A program made the translations under genes and the position numbers. The notes under the pieces are model-generated. The model was not told the origin of the DNA. It did not search any database and was given only the letters and a program-made list of their open reading frames with translations. A DNA stretch of 64,000 nucleotides from a virus (taxonomy: Duplodnaviria > Caudoviricetes): IMG/VR virus record IMGVR_UViG_3300020202_000076, positions 401 to 64,400 of that record; one strand, given 5' to 3'. Shown piece by piece: positions 34,665 through 43,406 of the stretch (the stretch's first letter is position 1; each line of letters opens with the position of its first letter).

Positions 34665-35636
34665 CTACGCGGCGGAGTCCCATTTAATTATCCGACTGTT
34701 CGTGGCGCCGCTGTCGTTGGTCGCGGAATACATGATCCCGAAACCTTCGAGCGCGTACCACGCAACACCGAGGTCGCGGCCGTAATCGCCGGGGATCTTG
34801 CCGCGGATCTCCGGAGGAACGGCGATGATCTCGGCCGCCGTATCGGCGCCCATGAAGTACGCCCAGTCGGAATGGCCAGACGACCAAGCCGTGCCCGAGT
34901 TGTTGACGCCCTTGAGGATATTCGTCTGCTCGATGGCGCGGCAGGTGTCGTAGCGGCCGATCTCGCCCTTGAGGATCTTCTGGTAGCCCGACTCGGTGTA
35001 CTGGTAGACGCCTTCGAGCTGTTCGCGGATGGGCTCGAAAGTGGTCGGGCGGCCGATGACGGCGTAATCATCCGCGGCGAAACCTGGGATGTTGCGCTCC
35101 TTCATGGTGTTGACGATCGCCCGCCAGTGGTACTTGTTGAGCGCGGAGGCGTTGGTCGCCGTCGCCGTACCGTTGGTGGTGAGCACGCCCGCATGCGCGG
35201 TGCCGGTGCCGACGTAGCGCAGAAGGCAGTTGTTGAACTGCGCCTGTGCGCCGCGGTCCAGGGCTTCGCGAGCGTCACGCGCGAGGATGTTGCGGGTGAC
35301 GGCGGTCACCGACTGGCGGGAGTAGAGATCCACCAGGGAGGTGAACGGAACGGCGATGCCCCATTCGGTGATGGTCGCCGTGCCCTGCTTGACCAGGAAG
35401 TTCGACTGCGGGATGGCCGTACCCTCGGAGAGGGTGGTGCCCGACTGCTGGAGCTTCGAGTAGACGTTCCAGGTGACGAGCTGGCCGTTGTTGAGGCCCT
35501 TGTCGGAGAAGTCCTGCGCGTCGCACAGGGGGCGGAATTTGGCGGAGGCGCGAACCTCGGTGCGCATGACATCGGACAACTCGTCCGCGTACATGAAGCC
35601 GCCGAGGGTGTTCGTGCCCCAAAGCTGTCCAGCCAT
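34665..35636 (-). CDS. Major capsid protein
   Basis: GAGG SD; MAGQLWGTNTLGGFMY..ELS...EWG..VP...GEIGRY...IPGDYGR..GVAWY.L.GFG; follows the scaffold gene. Confidence 0.9.
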   Translation of the reverse strand: MAGQLWGTNTLGGFMYADELSDVMRTEVRASAKFRPLCDAQDFSDKGLNNGQLVTWNVYSKLQQSGTTLSEGTAIPQSNFLVKQGTATITEWGIAVPFTSLVDLYSRQSVTAVTRNILARDAREALDRGAQAQFNNCLLRYVGTGTAHAGVLTTNGTATATNASALNKYHWRAIVNTMKERNIPGFAADDYAVIGRPTTFEPIREQLEGVYQYTESGYQKILKGEIGRYDTCRAIEQTNILKGVNNSGTAWSSGHSDWAYFMGADTAAEIIAVPPEIRGKIPGDYGRDLGVAWYALEGFGIMYSATNDSGATNSRIIKWDSAA

Positions 35637-35685
35637 GGGAGTTACCTCGTAAGGATGGCGCGCTTGAGAGCGCGCGTTGATGGGA

Positions 35686-36897
35686 TCAGCGGGGGTAAGC
35701 GCGCTCGCGCTGGTCCTCGGCCACGATCTGTGACGCCGTTTTACGGGTGGCCACTTTCGGGGTCGGACGGGCGGTCGCGGCTGCCGGCACCGGCGGCGCC
35801 CCGCGCTTGGCATCCAACCTCTGTTGGGTAGCCGGCGGGGTAGTCGGGGTGACCGGGGATTCTTTCGGCCGCACGAAGGTGTTCTCCACGTCTTCGGCGG
35901 CGGTACGGAAAATGGTTTCGAGTGAACGGCCACGGAAATCCACGGCGTTGCGGAACTTGGCGTGCCAGCCGGCGATCTGCTCCTGCGGCATGGCATTGAC
36001 GCGGACGGGATCGGCACCCGCCTCGATCAGGTCTTCCCTCATCATGCGCGAGGACTGCGCCGCGACGGCGGCACCCAGGCGTTCATCGGCAAACACCGCC
36101 TGATGCTTGGCGGCGATCTCGCCGAAGGTCTCCTCAAGGCGCTGCTGCTGGTGCTCCTGGCGGTAGGTCGATTGTGCGATCTGCTGGATCTGCTCGGCCG
36201 TGAGCGTCTGGACGGGCTGCGCCGGAGCCGGCGTCAGGATCTTGCGGAGGACCGCCTTGATCTCGTCCTCGGAGCCGTGAAGAACCGCCTTGGCTGCCTG
36301 ATCCACGACATCGTCGATGCTCGGCGCCTGTGGCGTCGGAGGCGACGCGGGTGCGGCCGGAGCTGCCGGAGGCGTCTGGCGGCCGGCTTGCTCAAGGACG
36401 CGCTCTGCTTCCGCTCTCCGGGCGGTTGCTTCTTCGAGGCGCTTCCTTGCCGCGCCTTCGAGCTGATTGATGCGGATGCCTTCCGCGACCGTGACCTCGC
36501 GCTCCTGGCCCTCGATCTTGATGACCATCTTCGCATCGGCCGGGATGTCCTGCGGCTGGCCGTTGACCATGATGCGGATGGTCTGCGGGGCCGGAGGCGC
36601 GACCGGAGCGACGGGCTCGGCCGGCGCGGGCTCATCCGCGACAGGCTCGGGTGCAGGCTCCGCCGGCTCCTCGGGCACGCCGTCGGGAACCGGAACCGCG
36701 ATATGGCCGAACTCGGCCTTCCGTGCCTCGGCGATCTTCTTTGCCGCCTCGTCCTCGATCGCATCGCGTGCGTCGGGGGAAGAAGCAGGCGGACGATTGC
36801 CGAGTTCGACCTCGGCGACCTTCGGCACTTCGATCATGGAAGCAAGCGACGGAGCCGGCACGCCCGTTGGGGTGGCACCGGGGGGATGCGTGGTCAC
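35686..36897 (-). CDS. Capsid scaffolding protein
   Basis: Acidic Pro-rich N-terminus, KIEGQEREVT..E motif and helical body; lies between portal and capsid. Confidence 0.75.
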   Translation of the reverse strand: MTTHPPGATPTGVPAPSLASMIEVPKVAEVELGNRPPASSPDARDAIEDEAAKKIAEARKAEFGHIAVPVPDGVPEEPAEPAPEPVADEPAPAEPVAPVAPPAPQTIRIMVNGQPQDIPADAKMVIKIEGQEREVTVAEGIRINQLEGAARKRLEEATARRAEAERVLEQAGRQTPPAAPAAPASPPTPQAPSIDDVVDQAAKAVLHGSEDEIKAVLRKILTPAPAQPVQTLTAEQIQQIAQSTYRQEHQQQRLEETFGEIAAKHQAVFADERLGAAVAAQSSRMMREDLIEAGADPVRVNAMPQEQIAGWHAKFRNAVDFRGRSLETIFRTAAEDVENTFVRPKESPVTPTTPPATQQRLDAKRGAPPVPAAATARPTPKVATRKTASQIVAEDQRERAYPR

Positions 36898-36953
36898 GAA
36901 TGAGACTCCTTCAAAGGGATGCGGCTCCTCACGGAGCTGCGGTCAGCCGGTGT

Positions 36954-37262
36954 CTAGCCGGCGGATTCTTCGATGCCTTGCGAGGCATTGAACGCCTGCT
37001 CGGCAAGCTCGCCTCTCTGGATGGTTCCGTTCATCCAGGTTTCGATGTCGTAGAAGCGCTTCACTTCGCCCTGCAGCCTGGCGATCAGCCCCGCGTTCGT
37101 GGGGTCGGCCTTGACCAGCTCCTCAGTCGCCGCGAGCGCGGCGAGCCGGGCGGTCTCGACCAGCCACTGGTAAAGGACCGTCTGCCTTGCGCCCCGGAGC
37201 TCGACGGCAAGGCGGACATCGGCGAGAAGCCTCCTCTGCTCCTCGGAATATTCTTCGCTCAA
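36954..37262 (-). CDS. Small head-assembly protein
   Basis: Overlaps the portal stop; helical. Confidence 0.6.
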   Translation of the reverse strand: MSEEYSEEQRRLLADVRLAVELRGARQTVLYQWLVETARLAALAATEELVKADPTNAGLIARLQGEVKRFYDIETWMNGTIQRGELAEQAFNASQGIEESAG

Positions 37263-39424
37263 GCCGCCGCCCTCTCCGGCTGGTTGAACTCGGCGATCAA
37301 CCCTCCGAGGTGCTGGCGGACCTGTGCCGCCCGGTCCTGCGCGCTGATGCGCTCGCGGCTGGCGATCTCCATGCCCGTGCGCTCGGTCTCGCCGGCTTCT
37401 TGAATCTCGGTCTTGGCGATCTCGCCCTGGATCTTCTCCTGGTTGCTCGCGAGCTTCTGCTCGAGCTGGGCGATCTGCTCCTGCATCGCCTGCATCTGCT
37501 GCTGGACCTCGGGCGGAAGGCCGGATTCCTGGAGCTTGAAGTCGAGGAAGCGCTTGCCGTCCTTGTATCCGGCAAGGCCGAACACTTCCTTGGTGATTGC
37601 CTCGAAGCCAGGGGACTCGACGACCTGCGGCCCATAAACCTTCACCAGGGGCTCGCCAATCTTGAGCACCGATCCGAGAGCCCCCATGAACCGGCCCAGC
37701 CTCTGCTCCGGATTGGTCGCACCGATGCCGACATTGACAGTCGTCGTCAGCTCGGCCGAGAGAAGATCGTCGGTCATCGGATCGATGTTGTAGCGCTGCC
37801 AGGTCTGTGCCTGCTTTCCCGCCAGGGCGATGACGGTCAAATCCGTCTCGTAGCGCTGCACGAGCTTGACGGCCTGTGTAAGCGTGGGCTCGACCCAGGT
37901 CTCGGCGAAGATGCGAAGGTCGTACTCGCCGAGGGTATTGGCGCCTCCCGCAAGGAGGTTCATGCCGCCGACGGTCTCGTTCAAGTCCCGGTTCGACTGC
38001 ACCGACGACCCGGAGAACTGGCCCGCCAGGTCGTCGAAGTCCAGGTTGAGCATGTTCTGCTCTTGATAGGACGACGCCGTGACATCGGGCGGGCGGACGA
38101 AGCTCACCACATCATTGGGATTGCCGGGAACCTGGACGACGCCGCCGACCCGCGAGCTGGTAAGGGCCCTGAGATCGATATTGCTTGCGCTCTTGACCAG
38201 CACCTTCGGTTCGAGCGCCTGGAACACGTTGTCGAGCCGCAAATTCTCCAGGTGGTTCGCACGAACCTGAAGGTCGAAGACGAGGCCCACCTTGGATTCT
38301 GGGAAGAGCCGGAACGCCTCGATCTGCCCCACGCCCCAGGTGAAGGGCCGCTCGTCGAGGAAGTAGACCTCCTTCAGCGGACGAGGATCGGAAAGGATCT
38401 GCTGCGTTCCAAGGGTGTAGAACTGCCAGTCCTCGCCGTCGCGGCGGATGATGTTCTCATGCACCCAGACCAGCGCCATCTCATTATCCGAGGGCGATGC
38501 CGCCGCCTGGTCAGAGAACCGATCCTGTCCGCCCTCGCGCTTCTCTCTCAGACCCAAGGTCTCATCGACGAGCGCCCCGGCAACGGCCTGGGGCGAGACT
38601 TCACGCCATGTCGGCTGGCCGGTCTTGGGGTCCTTGAGCTTGGATCTCTCCCGGACCTGCGCCACGTACATCGGAAAGCGATAGATCAGATAGGGCGAAA
38701 GCTGGATCGGGTTGAGCCAGTCCGCGCCCGGATGAATGCGCATGTTCTCCGGCGGGATGGGCTGGATGACCAGATCGTCGCGGACGATCTTCCTTGTCTC
38801 CTCCTCCATCATCGCCGGGGCGCCGGTCACGTCGTCGAGGCGCTGTTCTCCCGTGTAAGGATCGAGCACGGGCACCCAACGGCCGGTCTTGGTGACCTTC
38901 TCCTCGAAAGCCCAGTATTGCTTGGAGCAGCAGACCCCCATGACATTGGCGGTCTGATACTGCCCCTGGACGATGCGGAACCACGGAATCTTCTTGGTCA
39001 GGCGATATTGCAGGATCGCCCCGGTGATCTCCGCCCCCGCCCTTTCCTTCTCCACGCTGTCGTCGACCGGCGCGACATTGACCACGTCCTGGGTCGAGAA
39101 AAAGGCGCGGGCGCAGTCGGCTTCGGACCGGCGCACCATCGAGCGGGTCTTCGGCCGGAACAGCCGCGAGCGCGACCTGTATTCGTCCGCGAGATAACGC
39201 GAGCCGGAGGCGTGCTTGGACTGGAAGTGGTCGATATCCCGAGCCCAATGCTTCTGCACGAAGCCCGTCAGGAAGTCGGTCGACTCGCGATAGGCGTTCT
39301 GGGCCTGCTTGAGGAAATCCTCGTCGGTCGGCGGCGTGTCGCCGGCCGGTCCGTTGGCCGGCGGAATGTCTCCTCCGAGCCCGTTCTCCAGCATTGCTTC
39401 GGACGAGGCATTGACGATCGACAT
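37259..39424 (-). CDS. Portal protein (P22-like)
   Basis: 721 aa; RSRLFRPKTRS, NETVGGMNLL, R.FAETWVEP; C-terminal Gln-rich barrel-like helix. Confidence 0.9.
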   Translation of the reverse strand: MSIVNASSEAMLENGLGGDIPPANGPAGDTPPTDEDFLKQAQNAYRESTDFLTGFVQKHWARDIDHFQSKHASGSRYLADEYRSRSRLFRPKTRSMVRRSEADCARAFFSTQDVVNVAPVDDSVEKERAGAEITGAILQYRLTKKIPWFRIVQGQYQTANVMGVCCSKQYWAFEEKVTKTGRWVPVLDPYTGEQRLDDVTGAPAMMEEETRKIVRDDLVIQPIPPENMRIHPGADWLNPIQLSPYLIYRFPMYVAQVRERSKLKDPKTGQPTWREVSPQAVAGALVDETLGLREKREGGQDRFSDQAAASPSDNEMALVWVHENIIRRDGEDWQFYTLGTQQILSDPRPLKEVYFLDERPFTWGVGQIEAFRLFPESKVGLVFDLQVRANHLENLRLDNVFQALEPKVLVKSASNIDLRALTSSRVGGVVQVPGNPNDVVSFVRPPDVTASSYQEQNMLNLDFDDLAGQFSGSSVQSNRDLNETVGGMNLLAGGANTLGEYDLRIFAETWVEPTLTQAVKLVQRYETDLTVIALAGKQAQTWQRYNIDPMTDDLLSAELTTTVNVGIGATNPEQRLGRFMGALGSVLKIGEPLVKVYGPQVVESPGFEAITKEVFGLAGYKDGKRFLDFKLQESGLPPEVQQQMQAMQEQIAQLEQKLASNQEKIQGEIAKTEIQEAGETERTGMEIASRERISAQDRAAQVRQHLGGLIAEFNQPERAAA

Positions 39425-39760
39425 CTAGTGGAAGCGCGACTTGAGTTCGAGGGTGCGGAGCTGGTCCATGTCCGCCTTCCCGCGCTTGACGAAGAAGCGC
39501 TCCAGGATCTCGCCCCCCGCCTTGATCGCGGCGCGGCGAACATCGTTGTGCGAGTAGAGGTCGGTGAGTTTGAGGTAGTAGCCGCACTGCTCCGACAGCA
39601 TCCAATGCTGGATGATGACCATGCCGACGGTCGGCGCCGAGTTGACGTGGACGTAGAACTTATGGCCCGGATATTCACGCGACAGGATGCGGGAGATTTC
39701 CGAGGCGAAGGTGATGTCGTTCAGGGTGTGCGCGTCGTAGAGCGCGACTTCTTCGCTCAT
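39425..39760 (-). CDS. Hypothetical protein upstream of the portal
   Basis: L...YPGH.F.V.V...AGGEILERF...RG. Confidence 0.65.
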   Translation of the reverse strand: MSEEVALYDAHTLNDITFASEISRILSREYPGHKFYVHVNSAPTVGMVIIQHWMLSEQCGYYLKLTDLYSHNDVRRAAIKAGGEILERFFVKRGKADMDQLRTLELKSRFH

Positions 39761-40065
39761 GCGTAGAGCTTCCGCGCCGTCTCTTCGAGGTCCTTGCCCA
39801 GCACCCACGCAATGGCCGGGGCGCCGCGCTTGCGAAGCTTCTCGCCAACTCGAACGTCGAAGGCGTTGCCGTATTCGCGACCGTCTAGAGTTTTGAAGTA
39901 CCAAGCAACATACTGAAGCCGGCACGGCATGCCGCCGAAATCGAAGATGGCCATCGGGAACAAGGCCCGCACCTGACGCGCCAGCCGCATATCGGCTTTG
40001 GGCGCGTACTTGACGCCGCGGTCCCAGTCACCGCCGTTGACCTGCCGCCCGATCCTCCCGCTCAT
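39757..40065 (-). CDS. Hypothetical protein
   Basis: ATGA coupling at both ends. Confidence 0.55.
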   Translation of the reverse strand: MSGRIGRQVNGGDWDRGVKYAPKADMRLARQVRALFPMAIFDFGGMPCRLQYVAWYFKTLDGREYGNAFDVRVGEKLRKRGAPAIAWVLGKDLEETARKLYA

Positions 40066-40253
40066 CGCTGTATCCCGCAGGTCGTGGTCGGCACATGCGT
40101 TCCGGGCATCACCGTGGCGTCGTGTCCCCAATCCCAGGCGATCGGCGACATCTGCCGCTCCCGCCGGTATTCGGTCTGGAACCGTTCGGTCTCCACCCGG
40201 ATCCTCTCTTTCTGGCCTGCCGTCATGCGTTCCAGCATCTCCTCGTAGGTCAC
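40062..40253 (-). CDS. Hypothetical protein
   Basis: GTGA/ATGA coupling. Confidence 0.5.
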   Translation of the reverse strand: MTYEEMLERMTAGQKERIRVETERFQTEYRRERQMSPIAWDWGHDATVMPGTHVPTTTCGIQR

Positions 40254-40462
40254 GGGTCCACCACTTCGAGGGCGAGCGTCTTTCCCATCGCGCGGGCCAG
40301 CCGCTCCAGGGAGTCGTAGGACGATCCGTGCGCCTCATCGAGGGCGCGCGTGACGATGATCGGCGCCACGCCGGCCTTGCGCGCCAAACCCGCCGGGGTG
40401 AGGCCGCTGTCGGCCATGGCCTGCGCCAGAAGCCGCTTGGCCTTCGTTCGTGTCGGGCTCAT
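40250..40462 (-). CDS. XRE-like HTH protein
   Basis: LAQAMADSGLTPAGLARKAGVAPIIVTRALD...SYDSLERLARAMG. Confidence 0.7.
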   Translation of the reverse strand: MSPTRTKAKRLLAQAMADSGLTPAGLARKAGVAPIIVTRALDEAHGSSYDSLERLARAMGKTLALEVVDP

Positions 40463-40659
40463 AGCCACGAGTAGGGCTGTCCCGGCTGCTGCGTGGTCGA
40501 GAAGCCGCGCTTGTTCGAAAACACGTAGGTGATCGGCTGGACCGAATCCTTGGCCCATTTCGGATCGGCCTGGACGACCAGCGACTTCATGTCGCCCGGA
40601 GGCGGCGTGCCGCGCTTGGTGCGGTCGAAGACGCGGTAGACAATGGGAAGGTCGTTCAT
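40459..40659 (-). CDS. Hypothetical protein
   Basis: GGAGG SD; ATGA coupling. Confidence 0.55.
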   Translation of the reverse strand: MNDLPIVYRVFDRTKRGTPPPGDMKSLVVQADPKWAKDSVQPITYVFSNKRGFSTTQQPGQPYSWL

Positions 40660-41036
40660 CGTTCCTCCAATGCCTTCACGCGCCCGTCGATCAGTCGGAC
40701 GGCAGAGCCGAGCGGCGGCAAAGCCTCGGAGAGAGTCGTCGCCGCCTCGGCCTCGGTAACCAGGTCGTCGACCACGGCCGACGGATCGGGCTCGACTTCG
40801 GGGGCCACAACCGGCGCGGCGGGGCGGTAAGGTTTAAGCGCCTCGACGATCCTGAGCGAGTCCTTGGCGATGGAGGAGCGGTCGCTGACCGATTGCCACC
40901 GGCCATGCTCGGCATCGATGTACGTCCAGTCCGCGTCGCTGAATTGACTGGCGAGGGTCGCAGCCTGTGCAGGCGAGAGGTCGTTTCGGTTCTGACGGTA
41001 TGCGGTGAAAGCGGCGCGGAACCCTGCGGGGATCAC
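40656..41036 (-). CDS. Hypothetical protein
   Basis: GTG start overlapping the methyltransferase stop. Confidence 0.55.
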   Translation of the reverse strand: MIPAGFRAAFTAYRQNRNDLSPAQAATLASQFSDADWTYIDAEHGRWQSVSDRSSIAKDSLRIVEALKPYRPAAPVVAPEVEPDPSAVVDDLVTEAEAATTLSEALPPLGSAVRLIDGRVKALEER

Positions 41037-42232
41037 GCCGCCCTCCGCCTGACATGCTCGTGAACCGTTGGAAGAGGCACGATGAACCGCGTGGTCGGAT
41101 GCTTGTCGGCGATCATGGAAGCGTAGCGCCAGGCGAAGACCAGGACGGCGCTTGGCTTGTCCTTCTCCAGCCTGTCGCCCGGGTGGATAGGGATCTCGTA
41201 GCCAGGGCCCTTGAGGAAGGGGGGCTTGTCGGCGGTGTTGTCGTCGTAGAGGCAATGGATGCGGTGCTGAAGGCCGAGCTGATGCAGGAGGGCTACCGTG
41301 CCGACGGAGGCGCCGTAGCCGGCGATGGTCTTGCCCTCGCGGTCGATCAGGCGATGGACGGCGGCGCGGAGGTTTTCGATGCGCTCGGCGAAGCCTGAGA
41401 GCGCGGCCTGGACATTCACCGTCCGACTTTCATGTGGCGAATGCTGGAACGCCCGCCCGCGACCGATAGAGACACGGATTGAGCCGCCCTTGGTATCGAC
41501 GCGGTCAGTACGACTAAGCCCCATCGCGCGCTGGGCGAAGTGCGCGCCGAGAGGATTGATCGCGAAATAGCTCACATGCTCCGGATAGATCGTATCCAGC
41601 AGCATCTTCTCGAACACGTCCGGGCCGTATTGCGTTTCGAAGACCAGGGCGCCGTCGGTGCTCAGCAGGGTTTCGACCCCCTCGGTGAAGACGCTCAGAT
41701 CCTCAAGGTTCGCCAGCACGTTGTTGGCGATGATCAGATCGGCCGGGCCTTCGGTCGCCAGGATCTCCCGGGCAATTCCCGCCCCGAAGAAGCTTGAGAG
41801 CGTCGGAATGCCCGAGGCCGTCGCTTCCCGTGCGATCTTTGTCGCGGGGTCCACACCCAGAACCCGCAATCCCTTTTCCTTGAAGCAGTGCAGCAGAGAG
41901 CCATCGTTGCTGCCCACCTCGACAACCAGATCCCCGGTCTTCAGGTCGTGCCGATCGATCAGCGTCCGGGCCAGCTCGCGGAAGTGGTCGACCAGACCGG
42001 GGGAGGATGAGGTCCGATAGACATAGGTGCCGTAGTTGAACTCGGGGTCCAGCATGTGGCTGGTCTGGACGTGCCCGCATTCCTTGCAGAGCATGAGGTT
42101 GAGCGGGACCATCTCGAACACGTCGGACTTGAGGTTAGGCGATGTCGCCGGCATGGGCTTCATCGGCACGGCAAGATCCAGATCGGTGGAGCGGCAGAGA
42201 ACGCAGTGGGTGATGGGGCGATGGACGGTCAT
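41033..42232 (-). CDS. NDP-hexose C-methyltransferase-like protein
   Basis: C.LC...PL.L.LC..CGHVQ, Y.YRTS.S, VVEVGSNDGSLL, ANNVLA, DTIY.EH.SYF, GYGA, VLVFAW.YA..I. Confidence 0.9.
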   Translation of the reverse strand: MTVHRPITHCVLCRSTDLDLAVPMKPMPATSPNLKSDVFEMVPLNLMLCKECGHVQTSHMLDPEFNYGTYVYRTSSSPGLVDHFRELARTLIDRHDLKTGDLVVEVGSNDGSLLHCFKEKGLRVLGVDPATKIAREATASGIPTLSSFFGAGIAREILATEGPADLIIANNVLANLEDLSVFTEGVETLLSTDGALVFETQYGPDVFEKMLLDTIYPEHVSYFAINPLGAHFAQRAMGLSRTDRVDTKGGSIRVSIGRGRAFQHSPHESRTVNVQAALSGFAERIENLRAAVHRLIDREGKTIAGYGASVGTVALLHQLGLQHRIHCLYDDNTADKPPFLKGPGYEIPIHPGDRLEKDKPSAVLVFAWRYASMIADKHPTTRFIVPLPTVHEHVRRRAA

Positions 42233-42480
42233 CTGGCCCTCTTGATGTAGGGGCGCAGCCGCCACGCGACGAAGTTGTCTCGTGCGCGCCGAAACCCCTC
42301 AAGAAGCAAGAGCGGTCCGAGACCACAGGCTGCGCCCATGCCAACAAGAGCAAAGGCCGCGATCCAGTAAGGCACGCCATCGACTAGGCTCATCTGCCAA
42401 GCCGATAGCCCGAAGAAGGCGAGTGTCAGCGCCATCTGGACGGCCAATCTCCAACCCTTCGTCTGTCCGGCGAGGATCAC
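42229..42480 (-). CDS. Two-TM membrane protein
   Basis: GTGA/ATGA-coupled; two hydrophobic helices. Confidence 0.5.
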   Translation of the reverse strand: MILAGQTKGWRLAVQMALTLAFFGLSAWQMSLVDGVPYWIAAFALVGMGAACGLGPLLLLEGFRRARDNFVAWRLRPYIKRAR

Positions 42481-43397
42481 GCAGCCACCCTTTCTTCCCG
42501 CTTCATCTCGTCGAGCTTGTGCCGGGCCTGCGCCCATCCGAGGGCGTGCTCGATCAGCCCGCTGTAGAGCCCTTCCCGCGCCTTCTGCGGCCAGGTCTTC
42601 TCATCCATCTGCGATGCACGATGGAACATGCGCGCCAGCGTGCGGCTGATGTCGCACCAGATCCGCTCCTCCAGGATCTGCTTCTCCAGGGCCGTGCTCG
42701 CCGCCCTCAACTGCCCTTCCAGCCCCGCATTGCCGGCATCCACATGCTTGACGTGGCAGGCCAAAGGCTCGGCGATGACGAACAGCCCGTCCCGGCACGT
42801 GGCGAAGTAAGGCAGCCACACATCGGGGATCACGTCGTCGATGAGCGGAAACTCTTCGAACAGTTCACGCTTCCATGCGCAAGAGCACGATCCCCCGACC
42901 CGATCGGAGATCACCCGGGACGGATCGACGAAGCCCGTCTCCTTGGGCCATATCGTCTGCTGCACCATCTCCCCTGGGCCCGGCATCGGATTGTCAGGCG
43001 TGGTGAACAGGCAGTGCGTCCCGACATAGGAGGCGCCGGATATGCGGAAGGCCTCGACCACCCGCTCGACTCGATTGGGAAAGTTCAGGTCGTCCGCCCC
43101 AAGCGTGAGGTAGATGTCCGCCTCGACCTGCCTGTGTATCCACCGGAGATGCGCGTTGAGCCCGGCCAGCCCGTAGGCCGTGCGGTCGGGGCAGTCGTAG
43201 ACGACGACGTGATGCTTGTGCTGCTTGCCGACCAGGATTTCCTTGACGGCATCCATGGTGCCGTCGGTCGAGCCCTGATCCGATACGACGATGGACAGGC
43301 CCCGGTAGGTCTGCGCGAGGGCCGACTTCAACGCCTCGCCTATATGTTTCGCTTTGTTACGGGCAGGAATGACGAGCGCGACGCGCGGATCAGGCAT
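42477..43397 (-). CDS. Glycosyltransferase family 2
   Basis: VIPARNK..HI.EAL.SAL.QTY....IVVSDQGSTDGT; GADD (DxD-type) motif. Confidence 0.9.
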   Translation of the reverse strand: MPDPRVALVIPARNKAKHIGEALKSALAQTYRGLSIVVSDQGSTDGTMDAVKEILVGKQHKHHVVVYDCPDRTAYGLAGLNAHLRWIHRQVEADIYLTLGADDLNFPNRVERVVEAFRISGASYVGTHCLFTTPDNPMPGPGEMVQQTIWPKETGFVDPSRVISDRVGGSCSCAWKRELFEEFPLIDDVIPDVWLPYFATCRDGLFVIAEPLACHVKHVDAGNAGLEGQLRAASTALEKQILEERIWCDISRTLARMFHRASQMDEKTWPQKAREGLYSGLIEHALGWAQARHKLDEMKREERVAA

Positions 43398-43406
43398 ACG
43401 TCCCCT

